Of a DNA stretch of 64,000 bases, positions 49,554-59,404 are shown one piece after another. Every line of letters starts with the position of its first letter. Positions within the stretch are counted from its first letter, which is position 1. The notes under the pieces were generated by a model. That model worked only from the letters and a program-made list of their open reading frames with translations. It did not search any database and had not been told where the DNA came from. The DNA is taken from contig JBFMAD010000001.1 of assembly GCA_040755855.1 (NCBI GenBank), forward strand, positions 224,001-288,000, given 5' to 3'. The DNA comes from Planctomycetota bacterium (GTDB lineage: Bacteria; Planctomycetota; Brocadiia; JAADGH01). Both the position numbers and the translations under genes were made by a program.

Positions 49554-51905
49554 ATGAACGAGATACACATTGACAAGATTGCTGGTGAGCTTAAACTGCA
49601 AGTCCGTCAGGTGAAGGCGGTTGCCGAACTCTTCGCAGCCGAGGCCACCGTCGCTTTTATCGCTCGTTACCGCAAGGAAGCGACCGGCGGCGTGGACGAG
49701 GTGGTTGTCATCGCCATTCGTGATCGCCTCGAACAACTCGACGCCCTGGACAAGCGCCGGGCGACGATCCTCAAGTCCATCGAGGAACAAGGCAAGCTCA
49801 GCGATGATCTCAAGGCGAGCATCCTGGCTGCGGAGACCTTGAGCGCCCTCGAGGATATCTACCTGCCCTACCGCCCCAAGCGCCGGACGCGCGCCACCGT
49901 CGCGCAGGAGAGGGGCCTGGAGCCGCTGGCGAAGTTGCTCTTCGAACAGGGCGATGTTGATCCCGCCGCGGAAGCCGCGAAATACGTCAACCCGGAAAGG
50001 GAAGTCAACACACCCGACGACGCCCTCGCCGGGGCGCGCGACATCATCGCCGAGTGGGTCAACGAGGACCCGGAGGCGCGCGCTGAACTGCGCGACCTCT
50101 TCGCCAGGAAGGCCCTTGTCCGCAGCAAGGTCGTCGAGGGCAAGGAGACCGACGGCGCGAACTACAAGGACTACTTCGACTGGCAGGAGCCGTTGACCAA
50201 AATCCCTTCTCATCGCATGTTGGCCATTCGGCGCGGCGCAAAGGAGGGCTTCCTCGCCTACTCCATCCACCCAGACGAACAGGAGGCCCTCGCCATCCTG
50301 ACCCGCCGATTTGTCAAAGCCGACAACGCCGCCGGCAGGCAGGTGAAGGCCGCCGTCGAGGACAGCTACAACCGGCTCCTCAATCTCTCCATGGAAACGG
50401 AGATGCGCGTCGAAAGCAAGAAGCGCGCCGACGAGGAGGCCATCCGCGTCTTCGCGGAGAATCTTCGCGTGCTGCTCCTGGCATCTCCCCTTGGGCAGAA
50501 GAACATCCTTGCCATTGACCCCGGACATCGCACGGGATGCAAGGTAGTCTGCCTCGACCGGCAGGGCAAGCTGCTCCACCACGACGCAATCTTTCCCCTT
50601 GAACCGCAGAACCAGAAGGAGGAGGCGGCCCAGAAGGTTCGCCAACTCGTCCAGCAGTTCGGCATCGAGGCCGTCGCCGTCGGCAACGGGACAGGCGGGC
50701 GCGAGGCCCACGCCTTCTGCCGGGGCCTCGAACTCGACAAGAACCTCCTGATCGAGATGGTCAACGAAAGCGGCGCGTCGGTTTACTCCGCCAGCAAGGC
50801 CGCTCGCGGGGAATTCCCCGATCAGGATGTCACCGTCCGCGGCGCTGTGTCCATCGGACGGCGGCTCATGGACCCCCTGGCCGAACTCGTGAAAATTGAC
50901 CCCAAGTCCATAGGCGTGGGACAATACCAGCACGACGTGGATCAGAAGGACCTGCGTAAAGCCCTCGACGACGTGGTCACGAGCTGCGTCAACGCCGTCG
51001 GCGTGGAGGTCAACACCGCCAGCAAGCAGCTCCTCCGCTATGTGTCCGGCCTCGGACCGAAGCTCGCTGAAACCATCGTGGCCCATCGCAACGAGCACGG
51101 CGCGTTCCGATCAAGGACCCACCTGATGGACGTGCCCGGCATGGGACCGAAGACCTTCGAGCAGGCGGCCGGCTTTCTCCGAATCCGCGATGGCGAAAAT
51201 CCGCTCGACGCCTCCGCCGTCCACCCGGAGAGCTACCCCATCGTGGAACGCATGGCCGCCGACATCGGCTGCGCGGTCGCCGACCTGATGCGGACCGGCG
51301 AACTGCGGGAGAAGATCCGGCTGGAGCAATATGTCACAGACACGGTCGGCATGCCCACGCTGACGGATATCGTCACGGAACTGGCCAAGCCCGGCCGCGA
51401 TCCACGGAAGGAATTCGAGGCCATGACCTTCGCCGAGGGCGTGCGGGAGATCGGTGACCTCCAACCCGGGATGAAGCTGCCCGGGGTCGTCACCAACGTG
51501 ACCAATTTTGGCGCGTTCGTGGATGTGGGAGTGCACCAGGACGGCTTGGTCCACATCAGCCAGCTTGCCGACCGATTCGTCAAGCGTCCGTCCGACGTGG
51601 TGAAGGTCGGGCAAAGGGTGGCGGTCACGGTGATCGAGGTGGACGCCGGGCGCACTCGCATCGCCCTATCCATGCGCCAGAACCCGGAACGCCCGCCGAA
51701 GGCGGAGCAGAGGACGCGCACCGAAGAAAAACCGCCCCCGCACGCGGAAGAAAGGCCGACGGAAGAGAGGCCGAAACGGCCTCGCAAACGCCGTCCACCG
51801 AAGAAGGCCCCCGAACCTGTGCAACCGGCGAAGGGCGGGCGTCCCGCAGGCTGGAACAATCCCATCGCAGGCTTCTTTAAGGACCGGAAGCAAGTGGAAA
51901 ATTGA
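49554..51905 (+). CDS. tex: Tex (RNA-binding transcription accessory protein, S1 domain)
   Basis: FIARYRKEATG, LEDIYLPYRPKRRTRA, IDPGHRTGCK, VNESGASVYSAS, KSIGVGQYQHD, S1 FGAFVDVGVHQDGLVHIS; TATAAT at 49483 upstream. Confidence 0.95.
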   Translation: MNEIHIDKIAGELKLQVRQVKAVAELFAAEATVAFIARYRKEATGGVDEVVVIAIRDRLEQLDALDKRRATILKSIEEQGKLSDDLKASILAAETLSALEDIYLPYRPKRRTRATVAQERGLEPLAKLLFEQGDVDPAAEAAKYVNPEREVNTPDDALAGARDIIAEWVNEDPEARAELRDLFARKALVRSKVVEGKETDGANYKDYFDWQEPLTKIPSHRMLAIRRGAKEGFLAYSIHPDEQEALAILTRRFVKADNAAGRQVKAAVEDSYNRLLNLSMETEMRVESKKRADEEAIRVFAENLRVLLLASPLGQKNILAIDPGHRTGCKVVCLDRQGKLLHHDAIFPLEPQNQKEEAAQKVRQLVQQFGIEAVAVGNGTGGREAHAFCRGLELDKNLLIEMVNESGASVYSASKAARGEFPDQDVTVRGAVSIGRRLMDPLAELVKIDPKSIGVGQYQHDVDQKDLRKALDDVVTSCVNAVGVEVNTASKQLLRYVSGLGPKLAETIVAHRNEHGAFRSRTHLMDVPGMGPKTFEQAAGFLRIRDGENPLDASAVHPESYPIVERMAADIGCAVADLMRTGELREKIRLEQYVTDTVGMPTLTDIVTELAKPGRDPRKEFEAMTFAEGVREIGDLQPGMKLPGVVTNVTNFGAFVDVGVHQDGLVHISQLADRFVKRPSDVVKVGQRVAVTVIEVDAGRTRIALSMRQNPERPPKAEQRTRTEEKPPPHAEERPTEERPKRPRKRRPPKKAPEPVQPAKGGRPAGWNNPIAGFFKDRKQVEN

Positions 51906-51980
51906 CCGTTCGGACCATGGCAGTCATAGCGGGACCTTGATCCGCAATGGCAGGGCGCAGCAAGCAGGAAGGAGCGAATT

Positions 51981-52328
51981 ATGGAACTGAAAGTCATTAA
52001 AGAAAACGAGACCGTCACCCATGTTGCCTTGGCGGGGCGGCTGGATATCGCCGGCGTTCAGGACGTCGAGGGCGCGTTCATTGACCGCATCGCCGCCCGG
52101 AGGAAACCGGTGCTCGTGGACATGAGCGAGGTGGCGTTCCTCACCTCCACCGGCATTAGTATGCTCATCAAAGCGGCGGAGATCATGAAAAGTTATGGCG
52201 CCAGGATGGCGCTTCTGAAACCACAGCCCCTCGTCGCCGACACGCTGCGGGCGGCGGGAATAGACCACATCATGGGCATGACCGATGATGAGGAAAAGGC
52301 GATGAATCTGCTTAAGGCGGTCAAATAA
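51981..52328 (+). CDS. STAS-domain anti-sigma factor antagonist
   Basis: LAGRLD, VDMSEVAFLTSTG (phospho-Ser site); AAGGAG RBS. Confidence 0.88.
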   Translation: MELKVIKENETVTHVALAGRLDIAGVQDVEGAFIDRIAARRKPVLVDMSEVAFLTSTGISMLIKAAEIMKSYGARMALLKPQPLVADTLRAAGIDHIMGMTDDEEKAMNLLKAVK

Positions 52329-52377
52329 ACGCCCTCGACCAATTCCAAGAGCGCTCCGATCCGTGTAGAAGATATTT

Positions 52378-52800
52378 ATGACCGACGAACTTCATCTGAC
52401 CATCAGAAACAACTTCGCTGAAATGGAGCGAGTAACCCGCGCGGTTCTGGCCGTGATCGAACGCCAAGCCCTTTCGCCGAAGGCCGCCTACGCCGTCGAG
52501 CTGGCCGTCGAGGAAATCATTACGAACGTTATGAAGTACGCCTACAACGATACGGCGCCCCACGACATCGACATCCGAATCAGGTTCGAATCCACGCACG
52601 TTCATCTGCACTTCGAAGACGATGGTCGGGAATTCGATCCGGTGGCGGCGCCCGAGCCCGACACCACCAAGCCCATCGAGGAACGAAAGATCGGAGGCAT
52701 GGGCATCCACCTCGTGCGCGCCGTCGCCAGTTTCATTAACTACCGACGCGCAAACGGCAGAAACATTCTGGAGCTGAGCATCCGCCGCGATCTGACATGA
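52378..52800 (+). CDS. RsbW-like anti-sigma factor / HATPase serine kinase
   Basis: LAVEEIITNVMKYA, EDDGREFDP, GGMGIHLV. Confidence 0.88.
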   Translation: MTDELHLTIRNNFAEMERVTRAVLAVIERQALSPKAAYAVELAVEEIITNVMKYAYNDTAPHDIDIRIRFESTHVHLHFEDDGREFDPVAAPEPDTTKPIEERKIGGMGIHLVRAVASFINYRRANGRNILELSIRRDLT

Positions 52801-52845
52801 TCAGCGAGGCTCCCTTCAACCTGTTACAATAGGAACAGTGATCCA

Positions 52846-55128
52846 ATGGCGCGTGCAGCAGATCTGGACGGCTTTCTCCCGAAGCGAATCTATGACAGCC
52901 ATGCCCATGTTTACCGACAGGCCCATCTGAATCTGACCGAGCCGTTGCCCATGCTCAGCGACATCGCCGATGTGACCCTCGCCCTCTGGCGGGAACGCAT
53001 CGGCGCACACGTAGGCGTGGACCGTCTGGTGGGCGGCCTTTTCTTCCCGCACCCGACGCCCCGATGCGACGTCGCCGCCGCGAACGAATGGCTTGCGAAC
53101 CAACTCGAAGCGGATCCCATGAGCCGCGGCCTGATCCTCATCACGCCGCAGTGCGACCAGACGCGCGTGGCCGGGGCGCTTCAGCGCCGTCAGATCGTCG
53201 GTTTCAAGCCGTATCACTTTTTCAGCCCGGAAGCGAACACATTCGAGGCGGGCATCGGAACGTTCCTGCCCGAATGGGCATGGCGCATGGCTGACGACCG
53301 CCGCCTTATCATCATGCTGCACCTGGTCAAGCACCCGGCGCTCGCCGACCGGGCCAACCAGGAATACCTCCGCGCCCACTGCAAGCAGCACCCGAACGCC
53401 GCATTGATTCTGGCCCATGCGGCGCGAGGGTTTTGCCCGAGGAATTTGCAGGATGGGATCGCCGCCCTTGATGGATTGGACAACGTGTGGTTCGACACAT
53501 CCGCCGTCTGCGAGGCGGCCCCGATCCTTACGATCCTTCAGCGCTTCGGGCCGCGCAGACTGCTATGGGGAAGCGATTTTCCCGTCTGCGAAATGACGGG
53601 CAAGTGCGTCTCCGTCGGCGACAGTTTCATCTGGCTCGACGAAAAGACCGTGAACTGGAACGCCCTCAAAACGCCCTGCACCCCCGCTACCGTCGGCCTG
53701 GAATCGCTCTCGGCGCTGAAGGACGCAACCGACGGCTTCGGTCTTAACGAGGACGACTTACAGGACATCTTCTGCCGAAATGCAAATCGGCTGCTCGGAT
53801 TTGAACCGGTTGAAGAGGACCGAACGCATTCCCTATACACCCACGCCAAGACCCGCATCCCCGGCGGGACCCAGCTCCTGAGCAAGCGACCGGAGATGAT
53901 GGCCCCGAACCAGTGGCCGGCCTACTTCCGCGAGGCCCGCGGCTGCGAGACGTGGGACCTCGACGGGCGGCGCTACTTCGACATGTCCACCAACGGCATC
54001 GGCGCATGTCTCCTTGGCTTCCGTGATCCCGACGTCACACGGGCCGTGCAGCGTCGGATCAGTCTCGGCTCGATGAGCACGCTGAACCCGCCGGAGGAAG
54101 TGGCGCTGGCCGACAAGCTCTGCGAACTTCATCCCTGGGCCGAGTGCGCCCGGTTCGCACGCACCGGCGGCGAGATCGCAGCCGTCGCCGTTCGCATCGC
54201 CCGGGCGACAACGAAGCGCTCCCTCGTAGCCGTCTGCGGCTACCACGGCTGGCACGACTGGTATCTGGCGGCGAACCTGGGCGAGACGGACGCCCTCGAC
54301 GGCCACCTCCTACCCGGCCTCGATCCGGGGGGCGTGCCGAGGGAACTGGCCGGCACGACGATCACCTTCCGCTACAACGATTTCGACGCCTTCGCCGACC
54401 TGATGCGACGGCACGGCGACCGGCTTGCGGCGGTGGTCATGGAACCTCTCCGCCGCGACCCGCCCAAGCCGGGCTTCCTGGAACTGATCCGGCAGGAGAC
54501 GCGCAAGCGCGGCGCGCTGTTGGTGATTGACGAGATCACCATCGGCTGGCGCCTGGCCCTCGGCGGCGCGCACCTTAGCTACGGTCTGGAGCCGGACCTT
54601 GCGATCTTCGCCAAGGCCCTCGGCAACGGCCATCCCATCGCCGCCGTGATCGGTACAAAGGCGGCCATGGAGGGCGCGCACACGTCGTTCATCAGCAGCA
54701 CCTACTGGACGGAAAGCGTGGGGCCGGCGGCCGCGCTGGCGACGATCGAGAAGATGGAGCGGATCAATATCCCCGCGCACGTGAGGCGCGTCGGCGAAAA
54801 GGTGCTTGGATTTTGGAAGCTGCACGCGGCGAAGCACGGTCTCCCCGTCGTCACGGATGAGGCCCGTCCATGCCTCGCGCATTTCCACTTCGACCACGAG
54901 CTGTCGGAGGATCTCCGGACGCTTTACACGCAGCTCATGCTCGAACGTGGCTTCCTGGCGGGGGCGGGGCTTTACGCAACCTTGGCCCACACCGACGAGA
55001 TTCTGGACCTCTACGGCGCGGCCATTGACGACGTGTTTTCCGAGATTGCGAAAACCTTGTCCGCGGGCAAGGTGAAGGACCGCCTTAGAGGCCCGGTAGC
55101 CCACGCCGGGTTCCGTCGGCTGGTGTAG
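52846..55128 (+). CDS. Fusion of an amidohydrolase_2 domain and a class III PLP aminotransferase (GSA-aminomutase-like)
   Basis: N-half DSHAH, GFKPYH, LAHAARG, FDTS, WGSDFP; C-half IPGGTQLLSKR, ARTGGE, GYHGWHDW, DEITIGWR, FAKALGNG. One open frame. Confidence 0.85.
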   Translation: MARAADLDGFLPKRIYDSHAHVYRQAHLNLTEPLPMLSDIADVTLALWRERIGAHVGVDRLVGGLFFPHPTPRCDVAAANEWLANQLEADPMSRGLILITPQCDQTRVAGALQRRQIVGFKPYHFFSPEANTFEAGIGTFLPEWAWRMADDRRLIIMLHLVKHPALADRANQEYLRAHCKQHPNAALILAHAARGFCPRNLQDGIAALDGLDNVWFDTSAVCEAAPILTILQRFGPRRLLWGSDFPVCEMTGKCVSVGDSFIWLDEKTVNWNALKTPCTPATVGLESLSALKDATDGFGLNEDDLQDIFCRNANRLLGFEPVEEDRTHSLYTHAKTRIPGGTQLLSKRPEMMAPNQWPAYFREARGCETWDLDGRRYFDMSTNGIGACLLGFRDPDVTRAVQRRISLGSMSTLNPPEEVALADKLCELHPWAECARFARTGGEIAAVAVRIARATTKRSLVAVCGYHGWHDWYLAANLGETDALDGHLLPGLDPGGVPRELAGTTITFRYNDFDAFADLMRRHGDRLAAVVMEPLRRDPPKPGFLELIRQETRKRGALLVIDEITIGWRLALGGAHLSYGLEPDLAIFAKALGNGHPIAAVIGTKAAMEGAHTSFISSTYWTESVGPAAALATIEKMERINIPAHVRRVGEKVLGFWKLHAAKHGLPVVTDEARPCLAHFHFDHELSEDLRTLYTQLMLERGFLAGAGLYATLAHTDEILDLYGAAIDDVFSEIAKTLSAGKVKDRLRGPVAHAGFRRLV

Positions 55129-55143
55129 TAGCGGTAGCAGCCG

Positions 55144-58100
55144 CTACATCGGATTGTCCCACGGCGCATAGTTCCAGTTCTGGAACAGGTTCATCGCCGC
55201 CCGGTCCACCGCCGGGTTCTGCGGCAGCATGAGCAGGGCATCGAGGCAGGTCCCCATGCCGGCCCCGATGGTCAGGCGATGCGCGCCCGCCGCCAGCTCG
55301 ATATCCGGCAGCCGATACCACGACCAGTGGCCGTACTGCTCGCCATAGTGGGCAAACATCTTGGTGTGGGCGCTCTGCGGGCTGGTCCAGTCCGTGAACC
55401 CGATCATGGCGGTTGGCCGGAAGTTGCGCGCCTTGCCGCCGTCGAGGGACAGCGTCATGGCCGTGTTGCCGTTCTCCTCCCACCTGGCCCTGAACCACAT
55501 GGCATACGTCCCGGCGGATGGTGCATTGAGATCGAACGCAAGTCGCCCGTCGCCGGCAAAGGCCACGATCTTTGCGCCGCTCGCCTCAGGCAGATCGGCG
55601 GGCTTCGCCTCTCCTGTGATCTCCGCAGCGGCCTCGGCCTCCTGCGCCATCGCCGCCCGGGCAACAAGGACCTGCGTGGGCGCGCGCCGCTCGCGATCCC
55701 CGCTCCGCACGACCACCTGGAAAGCGCGGATGTCGCCCTCGATCGTATCGCCTGTCCCTATGAGGAACGCACGGCCCGTCTTGTCGGCGCGCTTGCACTC
55801 CCAGCCCTCCGGCAGATTCGCAATCGTGACGGTCCCGTCCGACCGCCCCAACAGGGAGACCTGAACCGGAAGCGTTCCCTTCGGAGGAACGACGAACACA
55901 TTTCGGTGCGCCTCGCCGCTGTTCATGTAATAGCTGACGGCGTTGAGTCCGATGCCCGCGTCGCTCTTGCGCCGCTCGACCCAACGGCAGGTCGTCTTGA
56001 TCGTAGTGCTCGGCTTGCCGTGGAACGTGATGCGGTTGCTTCCCTTCCGCAGCTTCCCCGGCAGCGAGAGAGGCGAGACCACGAACGTCGTGCGCACCGC
56101 AAGGTCCTTCAGACTCGCCTTGGTATTCGGGGCCAATTCGAGTTTCAGCCAGCAGGCATAGTATCCCATCACCTCCCGCGTCAGGTGGACGGCCATCCCG
56201 CCTTTGTTCGCGCCGCTACGCCACATATCGTTCCAGTTCTGGCCCTGATCGAAAGACAATGTTAGGCGCACCGCGTCGTCTTGCGCCGCCGCGTGCGATC
56301 CAGTGATGCGCAAGTCCGATAGGATATAAGGGCACTGGATGCGATAGAACAGGCTCGCCTCCTTTGTTGGGTCAACGGGCTGAAGCGTTCGCCCATCGAG
56401 CCGGAGATTATTGAAAACGGCAGCGTCGCCCTGCACCGTCGGCTCGTAGAGGATAGCGCCGTTGCCGAAGTACGGTGGAATCTTCGCCAGTGGGATCGGG
56501 CTGCGGTCCTTCTCCGTCACCTCAAACCACCGCCCCTCATTGTGCCAGCAGACGCTTGCCCGCTCGCCCGGCCGGAGAAAGAAGTCCATGTTGTGGGGCC
56601 GTTCGGCAGAGCCGAAGGTGGCCGAGCTCTTTCGACCGGGAATCCATGCGTTGAAGTCCCCGCCCTGTCGGAGTTTGAGCCATGGATCGTCCTCCATGTG
56701 TCTCCGTCCGATCACGGTCTCGTCGTCGCGGTCGAGCCAGTAAATCCGCGAGGAGAGATCGAACAGCCGCCAGGCCCCCTTGTAGAAGGCTTGCTCAAAC
56801 TGGTGGTGCGTGCCGGATGCGTTGCTCGATGAAATACCGACGGCCAGGAAGAGCTTGCGGAGCACGTGGTTGAGCGGCCCGCACTGATCGAAGGGATAGA
56901 TGTTGATCCCCTTCGTGAAGACGTAGGACACGCGAGGCCGATGCCGCCCGTCCGGCAGCGTCTCGGCGTAGTGCGCGTCGAAGTAGTTGGTCACCTCCAC
57001 GGCGTACTTGAAGGCCAGGAACGCCCGCTCCGCATCATCCTTGACATTCGGAGCGAGGGTCGCCGCGATGCTTTCCGCGCTGAAGGGCAGCACGTTGTCG
57101 TTCGCCCGCCAGCGTGGGAGCAGCGTGGTCTCCGCGGACTTGGCGTCGGACCGCTCGAACGTGATCGAGCGCATCAACGGCTCGAGGTCCCCGCCCACGT
57201 CCAATGCAAAGGCGTCGTCGCCGCCGGCGACCATGCGGGTAATTTCGCATTCGCAAAATTCCACAAAGCGGGGATCGGGCAGGGCCACGAACGCGCGTCG
57301 GGCCGGCAGGTTGTTCTCCGCACGGTTCTTCTCGAAAAGTCCCTCGGGCGGGCGCGGCTTCACGACGACCATCCGGCTCTCTATATTCCCATCCTTGTTG
57401 ATCTCGATCGGCGCAGTCTCCTCCAGGGGCTGGAGCTCGCACGACAGGTGGCCCTGCACGTACCGGTCGTCGGAATCGTGCACGCCGTGTCGCTCGTTCT
57501 CGAAGCGCCACAGCGCGCGGGTGTGCTCGTCCACCTTGAATTCCTCGCGCGGCGGCGCGAACTCGCCCGTGTAGCGCTCGACATCGGAAACCCGAAACTC
57601 GTCCATCACCGCTTCGGCGGCGAATTCCGCTCGTTCGTTGCAGTCCCCGCCGATGAATGCCTGCATCGGCAGGCTGCGCTTGTCGTCCTCCGTAACGCCC
57701 AGGCCCGCCAGCTTCTCGTCGCCCTTGGCCGCAAGGCTGAACGGCCACGGCTCCTTGCCGGGACCGTCGCTCGCCGCCGGTTTTCCATCCACGAACAACT
57801 GCATGTGCGCCTTCGACAGGTCCCACGTGGCCGCGATGTGATGCCATGCGTCCGCCTTCAGAGACGCCGAGCCCTGGATCGTGTGCGGCTTGGCGTTGGA
57901 GTCGCCGATGGTGAACTCGATCTGGTTCTTCCCTCTCGCATCGCACTTCCGCAAGCGGCACTGGAGCCGGTGCATATAGGCCTTCGCGTCGAAGAAGATG
58001 TGCTCCTTCCCATCGTCGCTGTTCCACTTCGGCTTGCACCAGAACTCGATCGTCCCCGCCGCTACCCCCCAGTGGGCGGACTTCGGGTCGGGGTTGTAGG

Positions 58101-59190
58101 CGTTCGCGGTCAGCGTACCCTCCGATGCGCCGTTGAAGGCCAGACGCCGTTGCCCCGTGAACTCGAAGCCGCGGTTGAGGGGCGCGCTCGGCAGCGCACC
58201 CTCGGCGAACCCCGCATGGCTCTCCGCGGGCCAGGGCCATCGCTCGCCGGGGCGGACGACGACTCTGTCGAGCCAGACCGTGAAATGAGACTCCGGTCCC
58301 GTGACCGCTTTTCCCGTATCGGCGTCGCGGGCTTCGCAGCGCACGCGAATCACCACGTCCACCGTCGCCGCCGCCGGGGCGAACCTGCCCCGTTCGCAGA
58401 ACTGAACCATCTGCCCCTGGGCCAGCTCCAGACTGAGCCATCGGGGCTGGACGGCGTACTCCGGGATGCGCGAGCCGTCCGCCCGGAATTGCTGCAGCTC
58501 CACCGTCATCGGCGCGCCGTAGGCCGCCCGCTCCGCCAGGAGGTCGCTCTCAAACACCATCTCCTGCCCGGCAAACCGGCGGACGTCAATCTTTTGGGAG
58601 ATCATGGCGATGCGGCCCGTCGTCCCGGGCGTCTTCTCATCCACCGCGATCCTCACCGACCGCTCGCCGGCGGCGCGGTTGAATTTCGCAAGAGTGAATA
58701 ATTCGGGCGGGGATACCTGCCATCCATCCGGCCGACCGTCCTTCTCGATCTCGAAGCCCGCGTTCGCAAGCAGGTTCTCAGGTGGGAGGGATGCGGCGTC
58801 GTAGTTCGGCTTCTCGATGCCGCGGTCCTTCGTATCGAAGTAGATGTGCGCCGCGCCGACGGTATTTATCTTGGGCTGTGCGATCCATGTCACATAAACC
58901 TGTTCCCGCCCCCGACGCGCGTCGAATTCCGTGCGAACCGCCGACGGGACTTCCCGGCCATCCTCGACGACGCGGACGGATGCGGGGTCGAACTCGCCAG
59001 CGATGCCGGCCTTCTTCAGCAACAGGGGGAAGTCCACCGCCGCCTCGACCGGTCTGTGGGCCTCATCGCGGTACGGCGTCGAACGCGTGACCGTGGTGCG
59101 ATACCTCCACGTCGCGTTCCACCACTCCGCACCCGCCGCCGAACCTGTCATCAAAGCCAGACATACCATCATCAAGAATTGTCCTCGCAT
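55144..59190 (-). CDS. Large secreted multidomain protein (CBM-like, LamG-like, transglutaminase-like core)
   Basis: Signal peptide; WWNATWRYR; ENLLANAGFE; GTIEFWCKP...WHHIAATWD...LFVDG...MDEFRVS (LamG); DQCG...HHQF...WRLFD (C-H-D). Confidence 0.65.
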   Translation of the reverse strand: MRGQFLMMVCLALMTGSAAGAEWWNATWRYRTTVTRSTPYRDEAHRPVEAAVDFPLLLKKAGIAGEFDPASVRVVEDGREVPSAVRTEFDARRGREQVYVTWIAQPKINTVGAAHIYFDTKDRGIEKPNYDAASLPPENLLANAGFEIEKDGRPDGWQVSPPELFTLAKFNRAAGERSVRIAVDEKTPGTTGRIAMISQKIDVRRFAGQEMVFESDLLAERAAYGAPMTVELQQFRADGSRIPEYAVQPRWLSLELAQGQMVQFCERGRFAPAAATVDVVIRVRCEARDADTGKAVTGPESHFTVWLDRVVVRPGERWPWPAESHAGFAEGALPSAPLNRGFEFTGQRRLAFNGASEGTLTANAYNPDPKSAHWGVAAGTIEFWCKPKWNSDDGKEHIFFDAKAYMHRLQCRLRKCDARGKNQIEFTIGDSNAKPHTIQGSASLKADAWHHIAATWDLSKAHMQLFVDGKPAASDGPGKEPWPFSLAAKGDEKLAGLGVTEDDKRSLPMQAFIGGDCNERAEFAAEAVMDEFRVSDVERYTGEFAPPREEFKVDEHTRALWRFENERHGVHDSDDRYVQGHLSCELQPLEETAPIEINKDGNIESRMVVVKPRPPEGLFEKNRAENNLPARRAFVALPDPRFVEFCECEITRMVAGGDDAFALDVGGDLEPLMRSITFERSDAKSAETTLLPRWRANDNVLPFSAESIAATLAPNVKDDAERAFLAFKYAVEVTNYFDAHYAETLPDGRHRPRVSYVFTKGINIYPFDQCGPLNHVLRKLFLAVGISSSNASGTHHQFEQAFYKGAWRLFDLSSRIYWLDRDDETVIGRRHMEDDPWLKLRQGGDFNAWIPGRKSSATFGSAERPHNMDFFLRPGERASVCWHNEGRWFEVTEKDRSPIPLAKIPPYFGNGAILYEPTVQGDAAVFNNLRLDGRTLQPVDPTKEASLFYRIQCPYILSDLRITGSHAAAQDDAVRLTLSFDQGQNWNDMWRSGANKGGMAVHLTREVMGYYACWLKLELAPNTKASLKDLAVRTTFVVSPLSLPGKLRKGSNRITFHGKPSTTIKTTCRWVERRKSDAGIGLNAVSYYMNSGEAHRNVFVVPPKGTLPVQVSLLGRSDGTVTIANLPEGWECKRADKTGRAFLIGTGDTIEGDIRAFQVVVRSGDRERRAPTQVLVARAAMAQEAEAAAEITGEAKPADLPEASGAKIVAFAGDGRLAFDLNAPSAGTYAMWFRARWEENGNTAMTLSLDGGKARNFRPTAMIGFTDWTSPQSAHTKMFAHYGEQYGHWSWYRLPDIELAAGAHRLTIGAGMGTCLDALLMLPQNPAVDRAAMNLFQNWNYAPWDNPM

Positions 59191-59318
59191 GGTAAACTCC
59201 TCCGAAACCTATCCACGAACCTGCGCCATTCCACCCTTGCCCCAACATTATAGCAATGGCAGGAGCGGATAGAAGAGACTATTTGCGAACCTTGATTTAA
59301 CCTTCCCCACCAAATTGG

Positions 59319-59346
59319 TTGACATTGTCCGCAATCCCGGTAAAAT
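59319..59346 (+). promoter_or_regulatory. Sigma70-type promoter for the FMN-binding/polyferredoxin genes
   Basis: TTGACA (59319-59324), 16 nt, TAAAAT (59341-59346). Confidence 0.6.
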
Positions 59347-59404
59347 AGCATAAAGGCTTCTACGAAGGGGTTTATACCTCGATCAAGACGTAAAGGAAGG
59401 CGCG

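Noticed and set aside
55128..55147. GTAGCGG...CCGCTAC hairpin between convergent genes
   Set aside because: Short stem overlapping the stop codons with no U-tract; too weak to call a terminator.
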